A stretch of 64,000 nucleotides of DNA. Origin: a virus. Its lineage: Duplodnaviria > Heunggongvirae > Uroviricota > Caudoviricetes. The notes under the pieces were generated by a model. It was not told where the DNA came from. It ran no database searches and saw only the letters and a program-made list of their open reading frames with translations. Location of the stretch: IMG/VR virus record IMGVR_UViG_3300032018_000003. One strand, 5' to 3'. Made by a program: the position numbers and the translations under genes. Below, piece after piece: positions 46,817-56,805 of this stretch. Position 1 is the stretch's first letter. Every line of letters begins with the position of its first letter.

Positions 46817-47713
46817 ATGACATTCAACCCTAAAGATATTGTTTGGACCGAGAAATATAGACCCAAATTAGTAAACGAAATTGTTGGAGATTTTAAAGAT
46901 AAGATAAAAGAGTATCTTAAAAATTCTGATAACATGCCACATTTTTTATTTTACTCACGTACTCCTGGAACCGGGAAAACAACAATTGTAAAAGCAATCA
47001 TTAATGAACTTGGTTGTGATAGTATAACAATAAACAGTTCCGATGATAGAGGTATAGAAGCAATAAGAGAAAAGGTTAAAGAGTTTGCTAAATCTAAAAG
47101 TAGTAATGGTAATAGGCGTTGTGTATTCTTAGACGAAATTGATGGTGCGACTCGTCCTGCACAAGATGCTCTTCGTAATATAATGGAGACATACGCAAGT
47201 AACGCATTTTTTTGCCTCACATGTAATAATATAAATAAGGTTTCGGATGCGATACAATCACGTTGTGTATGTATAAATTTCGCATACCCAAATAGAGACG
47301 AGATAAAAAAATATCTTGAAATGATATGTGAAAAAGAAAATTTAAATTATACTGATGAAGGACTTGATGAAATATTAAAATATAATTATCCTAGTATAAG
47401 AAATTGTGTTATATGTTTACAAGACTTGAAAACCGAAAGTAAAGATATAACAAAAGAAAATATTAAACCTATTAATAGTATGTTTGAAGAAATGTGGCAG
47501 AAAATAAAAAACAAAGAGTGGAAGGATATTAAAATTATTATAATGGAGAGTACACTTGACGCGAGAGAACTTAATACTTATTTTTGGGAGAAAGCATTAG
47601 AAGAAGAAAATATTAAAATTATTCAAACATGTTGTAGAAATGAAAAGGATATTAGTACTGGTGCAGATGCTAATATTATAGTAGTAACAAGTTTAATTGA
47701 GATGGTAAAATGA
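46817..47713 (+). CDS. rfc: replication factor C small-subunit-like clamp loader (298 aa)
   Basis: WTEKYRP box, P-loop RTPGTGKTT, Walker B FLDEIDG and SRC motif QSRCV. Confidence 0.8.
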   Translation: MTFNPKDIVWTEKYRPKLVNEIVGDFKDKIKEYLKNSDNMPHFLFYSRTPGTGKTTIVKAIINELGCDSITINSSDDRGIEAIREKVKEFAKSKSSNGNRRCVFLDEIDGATRPAQDALRNIMETYASNAFFCLTCNNINKVSDAIQSRCVCINFAYPNRDEIKKYLEMICEKENLNYTDEGLDEILKYNYPSIRNCVICLQDLKTESKDITKENIKPINSMFEEMWQKIKNKEWKDIKIIIMESTLDARELNTYFWEKALEEENIKIIQTCCRNEKDISTGADANIIVVTSLIEMVK

Positions 47714-48078
47714 CAACATTAAAAGAAGAATTAATTAAAAAACTTAATGAATCAGATTCTCATAAACATTTAGAAAAATTTACTATTGAGAAAGAAATAA
47801 TAGAGGCGTATAGAAAAATTAACAGTAATAAAAAAGATAACGAAAAACTCAAATTGTTAAAAATGTATGAAGAAGGATTTAAAGACGCAGTAATGTTTTG
47901 TTTAGACAAGAAAGAATGTGGACTTGATAGAAGTAATAACGACATGTATATTAAATTATTACAAAGGTTGTCTCCTTTTATACGAGACGAATTGACTTTT
48001 GGTGATGCTTTTGAAGTTATTCAAGTATGTGAGAAAAAAACAAGCGATATTATAGTTGAAAAAATTAATAATATGTGA
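47710..48078 (+). CDS. hypothetical protein (122 aa)
   Basis: ORF from track. Overlaps rfc by ATGA. Confidence 0.3.
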   Translation: MTTLKEELIKKLNESDSHKHLEKFTIEKEIIEAYRKINSNKKDNEKLKLLKMYEEGFKDAVMFCLDKKECGLDRSNNDMYIKLLQRLSPFIRDELTFGDAFEVIQVCEKKTSDIIVEKINNM

Positions 48079-48090
48079 TGGTGAAATAAA

Positions 48091-48417
48091 ATGGACGATG
48101 CAAGTTTAAAACGAGATCATGATGAGTTAATGGAATCTTTAGATAAAAAAATAAAAGGAACCGAATTAGAAAAACAAATGTTTAAAAATGGTACTAACTA
48201 TGGAATACAAATCGGAGCCTTATTAGTTTATGATAGGTTATTAAAATTACATTCGAGTAAAACGTTTTCTAAAAATTTTATTGAAGATTTGGAAAAATGT
48301 AAAAGTATAACAGACAAAGAAGAAAAACTTAAATCACTATTTAAAGAGTTACATAAAGTATTTATTGGTACTGCAGTGAAATATACAGGAAAACCTATTA
48401 TTGGCGCAGAGTGGTGA
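48091..48417 (+). CDS. hypothetical protein (108 aa)
   Basis: ORF from track. Confidence 0.3.
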   Translation: MDDASLKRDHDELMESLDKKIKGTELEKQMFKNGTNYGIQIGALLVYDRLLKLHSSKTFSKNFIEDLEKCKSITDKEEKLKSLFKELHKVFIGTAVKYTGKPIIGAEW

Positions 48418-48423
48418 AATAGA

Positions 48424-48696
48424 ATGGATGATGAATTAAAAGGAATTGTTATTATATTTTGTCTTATTATTGGTGCATGTACTATATTTTTTACAATATT
48501 TCAAATTAATGAAAATGATAAAACAGAAATGTTTAAATGTTTAGAAGTATGTAATGATAAAACAGAGACACCTAATATGATACAATGTCAAAAAGGTTGT
48601 GAATTATTACGAAATGAAATTAATATGACAAGTGACGCTAATAATACTTATATACATGGATATTTTACAAACGAATTTATTAAGGAGATAAAATAA
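48424..48696 (+). CDS. small membrane Cys protein (90 aa)
   Basis: One transmembrane segment plus 4 Cys. Confidence 0.3.
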   Translation: MDDELKGIVIIFCLIIGACTIFFTIFQINENDKTEMFKCLEVCNDKTETPNMIQCQKGCELLRNEINMTSDANNTYIHGYFTNEFIKEIK

Positions 48697-48804
48697 ATGG
48701 TACTAACTATATCTTCTCCGATAATATCACTATTATTTACTTTTATTGGTATATATATTATGTTTCATATAACTAATGAATATGGCTATTCGGAGTAAAT
48801 ATTA

Positions 48805-49323
48805 ATGGACATATTTTACGTAATAAACAATTTATATACAAATAAGAAATCTCAATGGATCATAGAATTAGATGATAAAGAATTACAAGAGAATAAAATA
48901 GAACCTTTTATGATACAACGTTTTTTGTCTATGAATGATGAAGTAAGACAACTAACGCGATGGTTGGATAAATACACGTTTACTATATCACCAAAGATGT
49001 ATATAAGTTTAGCATGGAGCGTATTACCTAAATATCAAAAACCTCCTTATGTTCCGTACATTAAGATAAAAACAAAAGAGGACGAGTATTGTTTCATTTT
49101 GCCAAAGATAAGACAACATTTACAATTAAGTCATAACGATTATAACGCATTGAAAAGCAGATTAATAAAAAACATTGAGACAGATAAATTTAATTGGTTT
49201 GCATTTTATGGTGTGCCAAAGAGCTATTATAAATTTTATAATTTAAATTTTGAAAATGTTAAAACCTTTGGCGAGACAGAAAAGAAACCTGTAGAAGTGG
49301 GTTTAAGTAAATGGGGATTATAA
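48805..49323 (+). CDS. hypothetical protein (172 aa)
   Basis: ORF from track. Confidence 0.3.
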   Translation: MDIFYVINNLYTNKKSQWIIELDDKELQENKIEPFMIQRFLSMNDEVRQLTRWLDKYTFTISPKMYISLAWSVLPKYQKPPYVPYIKIKTKEDEYCFILPKIRQHLQLSHNDYNALKSRLIKNIETDKFNWFAFYGVPKSYYKFYNLNFENVKTFGETEKKPVEVGLSKWGL

Positions 49324-49881
49324 ATGTTAATTAAACAAATGTATAACGGTTTTACTGGTTTAATAGATGTTGGTAGAAATGTTTTGTTTGTGGAGTTATC
49401 TAACGCAGGAACATTTATAGATAACGATAAAATATTAGATAAATGTTTAATGGAAAATTATATTGTATTTATTGATAACGATAATTTTAATCAAAAAGAA
49501 GATATTATAAAAATAATTAAAACAATTAATAAAAGAAACAATCAGATTAAAATTTGGATCTATTGTACACCAATTAATAAATTAGCAAGTAAATTGGAAA
49601 ATGTTAATTATATTGTTATGTGCGATGGTAATACAAACTATGATAAAGTTAAAGATGTTATTATAGAACATTATGTTTCATATAATAGTTTGTTTGTATT
49701 TAATGTAGCAACACAGTTAGACATAGAAAGCGTATATAAAATAGTTAATTTGTTTTTAATACCAAAGAAATTAGTTTATCTTACTACAGATACAGATAAT
49801 TTTAAAATGTTACAGGATAGTGCAATGTTAAACAAATACAATTTTTGTTTAGATTTTAAGAAAATGTTGTGGGACGAATGA
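49324..49881 (+). CDS. hypothetical protein (185 aa)
   Basis: ORF from track. Confidence 0.3.
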   Translation: MLIKQMYNGFTGLIDVGRNVLFVELSNAGTFIDNDKILDKCLMENYIVFIDNDNFNQKEDIIKIIKTINKRNNQIKIWIYCTPINKLASKLENVNYIVMCDGNTNYDKVKDVIIEHYVSYNSLFVFNVATQLDIESVYKIVNLFLIPKKLVYLTTDTDNFKMLQDSAMLNKYNFCLDFKKMLWDE

Positions 49882-50228
49882 AACAGATATACAGTTATAA
49901 CGTCATAGAAATATTACATGTTCATAAAGTAAATGAAGTCACTGAAGATATTATATTTTTTAAGAATAGACATAAACATATATTAAACATTAAAACTACT
50001 ATGTCGTTAGATGATGAAGAAATCTTAGATATGTATCTATTTAGAAAATATATAGAACAGATATTAAGCGCACTTAGTTTTGATATTAAAGATAAAACCT
50101 ATGATATGTTAGCAACATATATTAAGAATAAGATAACCGAACAGTTTACAAATCACGATATAGAAATAGATATAAGAGAAGATAATGTTACAGGAATAGT
50201 TTTTAAGTTCGACGAGCTAGAAACGTAA
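49869..50228 (+). CDS. hypothetical acidic protein (119 aa)
   Basis: ORF from track. Confidence 0.3.
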   Translation: MGRMKQIYSYNVIEILHVHKVNEVTEDIIFFKNRHKHILNIKTTMSLDDEEILDMYLFRKYIEQILSALSFDIKDKTYDMLATYIKNKITEQFTNHDIEIDIREDNVTGIVFKFDELET

Positions 50229-50242
50229 CCTATATAAATACC
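50227..50242 (+). promoter_or_regulatory. plus-arm promoter motif copy AACCTATATAAATACC
   Basis: Lies upstream of 50261. Confidence 0.4.
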
Positions 50243-50260
50243 ATATAATATATACTATAT

Positions 50261-50827
50261 ATGGTTATAGTAAATAATATTGTTATTAATACTTTAGTTC
50301 AGCAAAGAACTGCACTAATAATGCATTTTGAGAAGAAACTTATTACTGAAGAAGTATATAAAAAACAACTTGAAGAAATTAATTTTAAACTTAAACAACA
50401 ACAAGATTTGTTTATTAAAGATGCGCAAAAAACAATAGACGAAGAAATAAAAGAAGTTAGAAAACAAAACTTGAAAAAAGAAGTTATTAAAAAAGTTATA
50501 GAAGAAAAGAAAATAGAGTTACCACGATTGGTATTGAAACCAATACTTATTACCAAACCAATTAAATTTCATCCAAAAAAAGAAGTTGGAGTTCCTTCAT
50601 TAAGAAGTATTATAATAAAAACATTATGCGGCGGTATAGTTAAATCACACGATGATGTTATACGTGAAGTTAAAAAGGTTTTACCTAATATAGATGATAA
50701 AAAAATATTATATTTTTCAAAATACACAATCCTTTCAGTTAAGAAAGGAGATTTAAGATATAAAGAATATAAGTGGGAAGACGAAAGATTTTTATTAACA
50801 AGGAGTGATATACAATGCCAAAAGTAA
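50261..50827 (+). CDS. Lys/Glu-rich hypothetical protein (188 aa or shorter)
   Basis: ORF from track. The promoter motif lies at 50227-50242. Confidence 0.3.
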   Translation: MVIVNNIVINTLVQQRTALIMHFEKKLITEEVYKKQLEEINFKLKQQQDLFIKDAQKTIDEEIKEVRKQNLKKEVIKKVIEEKKIELPRLVLKPILITKPIKFHPKKEVGVPSLRSIIIKTLCGGIVKSHDDVIREVKKVLPNIDDKKILYFSKYTILSVKKGDLRYKEYKWEDERFLLTRSDIQCQK

Positions 50828-51510
50828 CATTTGATACATATGGAGATAGAAAAGAAGATACGTTTGAAGAAAAAAAACACAGTTCTCTATGGGATAAAAC
50901 TAAAGGCTGGTTTAAAAAACAAGCAGAGAAGAAAGAAGAAGATAATAAGTTTAAAGAAGAAATTCGTTCAGAGGCGTTAAAAGAAGCTAAAGTTGAAGTT
51001 GTACCGATTCTACAGAAACAATATAAACAACAAGAAATTGATAGATTAACAGGAAAAAATAAAGGTGATCTAATGGAAAAATTTAAAAATAGTTTAAGTG
51101 GCGCAAACGGAAGTTTTATTGCAAGTGATGAGAAGTTGGATAGAATGCTAGGAAAAAAAAAAGTTAATGTAGACTCTTCATCAAAAGAAGAATCTTCTAC
51201 TGGTGGGTTAGCAAGTAACGATAAATTAATGGGAATGTTAGGAAAAAACAAAGACAAAATTAAAGAAGAGAACCATACAAAAGGCGTTTCTAATGACGAT
51301 ATTATGAATATGATGAGTACAAGTAGTGGAAAACACAGTAACAAAAATGCAGTAGACGAAGATAAAATTAAACGTGGCTTAAAAATTAAAGAAGATAAAG
51401 AGAATTCTAAAGTAGTTGATAATGATAAAATTAGTTCTATGTTAGGAAAGTCTGGTAGTAATAGTAGTACACAAGATAAACTTGATAGAATGCTTGGTAA
51501 GAAAAAATAA
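50815..51510 (+). CDS. repeat protein with 5 copies of an (S/T)xDK(L/I)xxMLGKxK module (231 aa)
   Basis: SDEKLDRMLGKKK, SNDKLMGMLGKNK, SNDDIMNMMSTS, DNDKISSMLGKSG and TQDKLDRMLGKKK read directly. Confidence 0.4.
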   Translation: MPKVTFDTYGDRKEDTFEEKKHSSLWDKTKGWFKKQAEKKEEDNKFKEEIRSEALKEAKVEVVPILQKQYKQQEIDRLTGKNKGDLMEKFKNSLSGANGSFIASDEKLDRMLGKKKVNVDSSSKEESSTGGLASNDKLMGMLGKNKDKIKEENHTKGVSNDDIMNMMSTSSGKHSNKNAVDEDKIKRGLKIKEDKENSKVVDNDKISSMLGKSGSNSSTQDKLDRMLGKKK

Positions 51511-51532
51511 AACTTTTGTGGGGAAAAGAATT

Positions 51533-51742
51533 ATGATAAGTAATAACCAACAGATAAAGATAAATGGGTTTTCTTTAGAAGTTATTGATATGTATACTAA
51601 ATTAAAAACGTTGTACGTATTAGAATCTTTTTTTAAAGAATATCCGAAAAAAGCAATAGATATAAAAGGGTATATTAAAATAAAAGAAGTTGCGATTAAA
51701 GAAACTAAAGAACAGTTACATATAGTTAATGATGAAGTTTAA
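51533..51742 (+). CDS. hypothetical protein (69 aa from internal ATG of track ORF 51482..51742)
   Basis: ORF from track. Confidence 0.3.
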   Translation: MISNNQQIKINGFSLEVIDMYTKLKTLYVLESFFKEYPKKAIDIKGYIKIKEVAIKETKEQLHIVNDEV

Positions 51743-51750
51743 GGAGAACA

Positions 51751-52302
51751 ATGAATATAGAATATTCATTAAAGATGCCAAAGGGTTGGCATAAAAGTAC
51801 AGAACAAGAAAGGTTTTATAGTTGGAGTAATATTAAAATTTCTTTAACTCATTTTGAAAATATAATGAAACTATTATCAGCCAAAGATATAGTTCTTACA
51901 TCGAACAATAACGATTCTGCAGTGTCTGTTTTTTTTACATTATATACAAAACGATTATGTTTATATTTAGATAAATGGGATCGTAGAGAAGATAATATAA
52001 CTGCTATTAGTATGTTCTTAGAAAATCTAATAAAAAGTAAAAAATATGTTGGGGACAACATTGTACTTTATTGTCTTTCTAATTTAAAAGAAAATCCCAC
52101 AACATTAACTTCTATAGTAACTAATATTAAAAAACCATTGTGGTGTAATATATTAGAAGTTGAAGAAACGTGTACTAAGGAAGAAGTTAAAACACAATAC
52201 CATAAATTATGTAAAATAATGCACCCGGACAATGGTGGTAGCGCAGACGAGTTTATATTACTTAAACAGGCGTACGATGAAGGAATGTTGAATGCAAAAT
52301 GA
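51751..52302 (+). CDS. J-domain (DnaJ-like) protein, J domain at the C-terminus (183 aa)
   Basis: EEVKTQYHKLCKIMHPDNGGSADEFILLKQAYD matches helix II, the HPD tripeptide and helix III. Confidence 0.55.
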   Translation: MNIEYSLKMPKGWHKSTEQERFYSWSNIKISLTHFENIMKLLSAKDIVLTSNNNDSAVSVFFTLYTKRLCLYLDKWDRREDNITAISMFLENLIKSKKYVGDNIVLYCLSNLKENPTTLTSIVTNIKKPLWCNILEVEETCTKEEVKTQYHKLCKIMHPDNGGSADEFILLKQAYDEGMLNAK

Positions 52303-53578
52303 AATTTCTTTTGGTATTAAAACAGACGAAGTAAAAGAAACTTTTTTTGATGAGACATTAATAGAAAATAAAAATTCAGTTGAGTTACATAATTGGCAAC
52401 GAGAGGGAATTAAATATTTCTTTAGTAATGGTGGTAAAGCAATATTTAACTGTCCTACGGGAGTTGGAAAAACGTTTTTTGCTATAGAATTATTAAAAGA
52501 AATATTGAAACGAGAACCGGAACTTAGAATTCTTATTGTTGTACCAAAAAATGTTATTATGGAAACGGGTTGGTATCAAGAATTGTATAACAATGGTTTT
52601 GGATTACAAGACATTGGTATTTTTTATGGTAATATAAAAGAAATATGTAAGATTACTATTACAAACATGCAGAGTATAGATAAAATACCATTAGAAATAT
52701 TTAGTGTAATCGTTCTTGATGAAGCACATTCGTACGGGACGACTAAAAATTTAATTTGGGTCGAACACGACTTTAAATATAAAATAGGTTTATCCGCAAC
52801 AATTGAACGTACTGATGGTAAACATTGGGATATAATTAAGGCACATAATTATAATGTTTTTAAATATACACCGAAAGAAGCATTAAAAGACGGAATTCTT
52901 AATACTTTTTATTATTATGATATTGGTGTAGAGATGGATGACAACACCAAACAAGATTATGATAACCTTTCTCAAGAAATTTATATGATGTACCAGATGC
53001 ACGGAAACTATAACATCATAATGCGACGTAAAGATGGTATCACAAACGCACTATTAAGTAAACTAACAAAACGAAAACAAATGGTTAATAACTATAATAG
53101 AAAGTTTGAAGTTATACGAACTATATGTGATAAGCATAAGAACAATAAGATAATTGTATTTTCACAGTTTAATGATCAAACCAATAAGTTATATTGGGAA
53201 TTATTAGAGATTGGTGTCAAAGCAGTAATAATACATTCCGGGGTAGATAAAGAAGAAGTTGATAGGATAATGATGGGGTTAAAAAAACAAGACACTTTCT
53301 GTATTTTAACCACCAAGAAGCTAGATGAAGGTTGGAACCTACCAAAGCTAGACGTTGCAATAATAACAGCAGGTGATAGCTCTGATAGGCAGACAATACA
53401 ACGAATGGGTAGGGTATTACGAAAAAAAGAAAAAGCTAGTGTGTTATATCAAACTTATTGTCTTGATACTATTGAAGAAACGGATGCCATACAACGTGCA
53501 AAAACATTTAAAGAACTTTGTGTAGATTACAAAGAATATGTTTTTTATAATAATGATAACACATTTGTATTAGATTGA
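52292..53578 (+). CDS. SF2 DEAH-box helicase (428 aa)
   Basis: Motif I NCPTGVGKTF, motif II VLDEAH, motif III SAT and motif VI QRMGRVLR. Confidence 0.7.
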   Translation: MQNEISFGIKTDEVKETFFDETLIENKNSVELHNWQREGIKYFFSNGGKAIFNCPTGVGKTFFAIELLKEILKREPELRILIVVPKNVIMETGWYQELYNNGFGLQDIGIFYGNIKEICKITITNMQSIDKIPLEIFSVIVLDEAHSYGTTKNLIWVEHDFKYKIGLSATIERTDGKHWDIIKAHNYNVFKYTPKEALKDGILNTFYYYDIGVEMDDNTKQDYDNLSQEIYMMYQMHGNYNIIMRRKDGITNALLSKLTKRKQMVNNYNRKFEVIRTICDKHKNNKIIVFSQFNDQTNKLYWELLEIGVKAVIIHSGVDKEEVDRIMMGLKKQDTFCILTTKKLDEGWNLPKLDVAIITAGDSSDRQTIQRMGRVLRKKEKASVLYQTYCLDTIEETDAIQRAKTFKELCVDYKEYVFYNNDNTFVLD

Positions 53579-53746
53579 TAAAAAACAATACATTTATATA
53601 TAATATATATATAATATATGGTGGGCATAGGAATGGATAAGGTTTTTGCAAAGAATTTACTTATTTTATTAGGACTAGGTGTATTAATGGCAGGACTTTG
53701 TGGTTTCTTAGCATGGTGGTTTATTTTTGATGGGTGGTTATGCTAA

Positions 53747-54877
53747 ATGGTGTTTAATGAAGATAATCTAGGTATTGCACGTAAACGTCTAGTAGAAAAA
53801 ATTATTCTTAGTAATTGGTTAGTTAAATCTCCTATAGACAGAACTTATACATACAACGAACTTCTTTTTGTTATTCAAGAGATGATGCAATCGGAAGGTA
53901 AAAATTATTTAGAACTTAATAGTGCTAATAGAGGATATGAAATATTTAGAAATTTTGTTGAATTACTTCTTTATAGAAATCTTGCTAATTATGATAGTAT
54001 GATATTACTCACTAGTCCTAAAGGAACTGGAAAATCATCAGCAGCAATTATGATTGCGAGATATTGGTGTAAATTATTAGGAAGAAATTTCGATCCAGAA
54101 AAAAACATAGCTTATAATAATAACGATGTATCAAATAAAATAGATGAGTTAGCTCCTTTTTCTGCACTTATTTGTGATGAGGCAGTACGGTTTGCTCTTT
54201 CGTCAGAATGGGCAAAAAAAGAACATCGTGAATTGAGAAAAAAACTTGCACAGGTAAGAACAAAACATTTTTTATTTATTTTATGTTTTCCATTAAAAGT
54301 ATATAAACTAGAAAGTACGTACCTCCAAAGCTATGTTAATTATTGGGTTGATCTTTATGCTAGAGGCCGAAGTGTAATATATATTAAAAACGCAAATCCT
54401 ACTCAAGATGGTTGGGCATTAAAAGAATTTGATAAAGTCGTTGGAAGTTATAATGAATTTACTTCAGAAGAACAAATAAAACAAAAGTTAATGAAACATC
54501 CGAATTATTGGCAAATGATGAAAATTCCAAAAGTACCTGAACACGTTTATGAAAAATATATGAAAACGCGAGAACGAAATGTATATGATAGTGAAGATGG
54601 TAATTTATTAGCTAGTACATCCAAAGAAGAAATATATCGTGCATTATTAATATTAGCATTAAAAGATATAATGACTAACGATACAACATTATCAATGAAT
54701 AGAATTATATTACACATAAAAAACCAGTACGATATAACTATAAATAAAAGTATAGTACAATTTATTCTTGAAGATAGTAAACAATTAATAAGTAAAGTAA
54801 GAGAACAAGTATTTGATGGTAACATTGATGAAAAATACCAGACAGAAAATAAACCAACTGGAAAAATAAATGAATGA
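53747..54877 (+). CDS. P-loop NTPase (possible packaging or replication ATPase) (376 aa)
   Basis: Walker A LTSPKGTGKSS and Walker B LICDEAVRF. Confidence 0.5.
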   Translation: MVFNEDNLGIARKRLVEKIILSNWLVKSPIDRTYTYNELLFVIQEMMQSEGKNYLELNSANRGYEIFRNFVELLLYRNLANYDSMILLTSPKGTGKSSAAIMIARYWCKLLGRNFDPEKNIAYNNNDVSNKIDELAPFSALICDEAVRFALSSEWAKKEHRELRKKLAQVRTKHFLFILCFPLKVYKLESTYLQSYVNYWVDLYARGRSVIYIKNANPTQDGWALKEFDKVVGSYNEFTSEEQIKQKLMKHPNYWQMMKIPKVPEHVYEKYMKTRERNVYDSEDGNLLASTSKEEIYRALLILALKDIMTNDTTLSMNRIILHIKNQYDITINKSIVQFILEDSKQLISKVREQVFDGNIDEKYQTENKPTGKINE

Positions 54878-55283
54878 TTCAGAATTACAAAACAAAATAT
54901 GGAACATAGAATGTATTGCTGATGAGATTAAAGAATTCCCACAAACTTATGGCACAATATTAAAAAAAAAATTAACTAATAGTACACAAGAATTTATTTT
55001 ACGTAGAAAATTAAACATATTATGTAACGATGGTACAATATGTAGAAGTATGGTACCGGGAACACGTTTTGGTAGAGTAATATTTTATTGTTTACCAAAG
55101 AAATATACTATACTAGTAGAAAACGAAAGAATAGGTATTGAAGTATTTGTATTTTACGATTTCGAAAATATAAACGATTTATTAATTAAAGTAAATAAAT
55201 ATTGGAAGTTAAAGGAATATTGTTGGGAAGAACATAACGAAGAAAGAACATTTTTAACAGGACATGTATTAAAATGGATATAA
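54870..55283 (+). CDS. hypothetical protein (137 aa)
   Basis: ORF from track. Overlaps the ATPase gene. Confidence 0.3.
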   Translation: MNDSELQNKIWNIECIADEIKEFPQTYGTILKKKLTNSTQEFILRRKLNILCNDGTICRSMVPGTRFGRVIFYCLPKKYTILVENERIGIEVFVFYDFENINDLLIKVNKYWKLKEYCWEEHNEERTFLTGHVLKWI

Positions 55284-55510
55284 AAACAAAAGATATTGTG
55301 GGTATTATTGTAAGCGTTATTATAATTATAGTTGCAATTTATTTTGCTATAAATAGTATGGGAAACCAATATAAATATAATTGTTTTGAGAACGATACTA
55401 TAAAAAATATAACGGAACACCAATTTAATTGTGTTACAATAGATTGTACTACAAAAACATGTATAACATATAGAAACGAACATAAAATAAATATAACAGG
55501 TATAACATGA
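55274..55510 (+). CDS. small membrane Cys protein (78 aa)
   Basis: One transmembrane segment, 4 Cys and N-x-S/T sequons. Confidence 0.3.
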   Translation: MDIKTKDIVGIIVSVIIIIVAIYFAINSMGNQYKYNCFENDTIKNITEHQFNCVTIDCTTKTCITYRNEHKINITGIT

Positions 55511-55893
55511 ACATAGGAAATTTATTAATAATGGTTATATTATGTTATTATATAATATACATATTAACATTATGTTTTTCTGTAGAAAAAAAATTAAAAA
55601 CGTTTGATAGAAATGTCGAATTAGATAAATTGAGATTAATTCAACATAAAACATTAGAAGAACAAAAGAATTTTCTTGATTTGAAAGAGCCCAAAGAAAC
55701 TTGGCACTTTAGTTGGTTATGGTTATGGTGTACTTTTTTACAATTATGTATTTATGTTACAGTGTATTATACATTGTATAAAATATTAGATTATTATAAT
55801 ATAGAAAGTCCATTATGGTTAGGTATAACTTTTTTGATTGGGTTACCTATACTAATGAATTTTATTTTAAAAAAGTTTAATATGAATAATTAG
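55507..55893 (+). CDS. multi-pass membrane protein (128 aa)
   Basis: Three hydrophobic helices. Confidence 0.3.
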   Translation: MNIGNLLIMVILCYYIIYILTLCFSVEKKLKTFDRNVELDKLRLIQHKTLEEQKNFLDLKEPKETWHFSWLWLWCTFLQLCIYVTVYYTLYKILDYYNIESPLWLGITFLIGLPILMNFILKKFNMNN

Positions 55894-55943
55894 TTAGATA
55901 TATAAATGAGTTATACTATATAATATATAAAAATGGTGATTAA

Positions 55944-56483
55944 ATGACAGTAATAGCAATGATTGGGCGTAGAAGACACAGAAATCCTTTTAGAGGAGCA
56001 GTACAGGTATTGAATGGAGTATTTGCTTTTCAGGAGCATATGTGGATAATAATAAACAGTTCTTTTAACATGGCAAAAAAACAAGCGAAAGAATCCGATA
56101 AAAACATAGCGTTCATTGTAACAAAAGAAAAAGAGAACGAAGATTTAATATATTGTATTGAATGGATAAAAATAGTGGTTCAAGGAACAGAAGAACAGGA
56201 ACAAGAAGAATATGACGAATTTAATAAAATGTACGAACAATGTGGTAAGATCATTAAGAAAGATTTAAACATTGGTAGTGTTGATAATAATATGAAACAA
56301 CACTTTAAAACAAAAATGTTAAATTTAACTGAACTAAAAGACGCTTATGAAAAAGGATACGGCGCGACACGTGATAATAGTATATCACAGAAACTTCTTG
56401 AATTGGGTATTCTAACACATCTTAAAATAGAAAAAGACTATGAAAATCGTGATATGACACGAAAGCAAGATATTGGTGTATAA
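55944..56483 (+). CDS. hypothetical protein (179 aa)
   Basis: ORF from track. Confidence 0.3.
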   Translation: MTVIAMIGRRRHRNPFRGAVQVLNGVFAFQEHMWIIINSSFNMAKKQAKESDKNIAFIVTKEKENEDLIYCIEWIKIVVQGTEEQEQEEYDEFNKMYEQCGKIIKKDLNIGSVDNNMKQHFKTKMLNLTELKDAYEKGYGATRDNSISQKLLELGILTHLKIEKDYENRDMTRKQDIGV

Positions 56484-56485
56484 CA

Positions 56486-56764
56486 ATGGTAGTTATTAAT
56501 ATGGTAGTGGAATTGAATTTAGCAAGAAGAGTTGCTATGTTTAATGCAGAAGCAAACAAAATAGATAGAAATCATAATAACGTTCTGTTTGGTACAGATA
56601 GTACTAAACAATTAAAACAAAAGATGATAGAACGAGATAAGATGGTATATATAATAAGAACTAATTTTCGTAATTTAGATATTAATAAAATATTAAGTAA
56701 CCCGGAACAAGGAATTAAGAATTCTACAGATGTTGATAAAATAATGAATATTATTGCGACATAG
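56486..56764 (+). CDS. hypothetical protein (92 aa)
   Basis: ORF from track. Confidence 0.3.
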   Translation: MVVINMVVELNLARRVAMFNAEANKIDRNHNNVLFGTDSTKQLKQKMIERDKMVYIIRTNFRNLDINKILSNPEQGIKNSTDVDKIMNIIAT

Positions 56765-56766
56765 GA

Positions 56767-56784
56767 CAAATATATATATAAACA
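56767..56784 (+). promoter_or_regulatory. plus-arm promoter motif copy ACAAATATATATATAAAC
   Basis: Lies upstream of 56806. Confidence 0.35.
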
Positions 56785-56805
56785 AGCAATTATATTATAG
56801 TTATT

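Noticed and set aside
53747-54877. Calling the P-loop protein a terminase large subunit
   Set aside because: Only Walker A and Walker B are visible. No nuclease domain or terminase-specific motifs are present, and 376 aa is short. Function is left as a generic P-loop NTPase.
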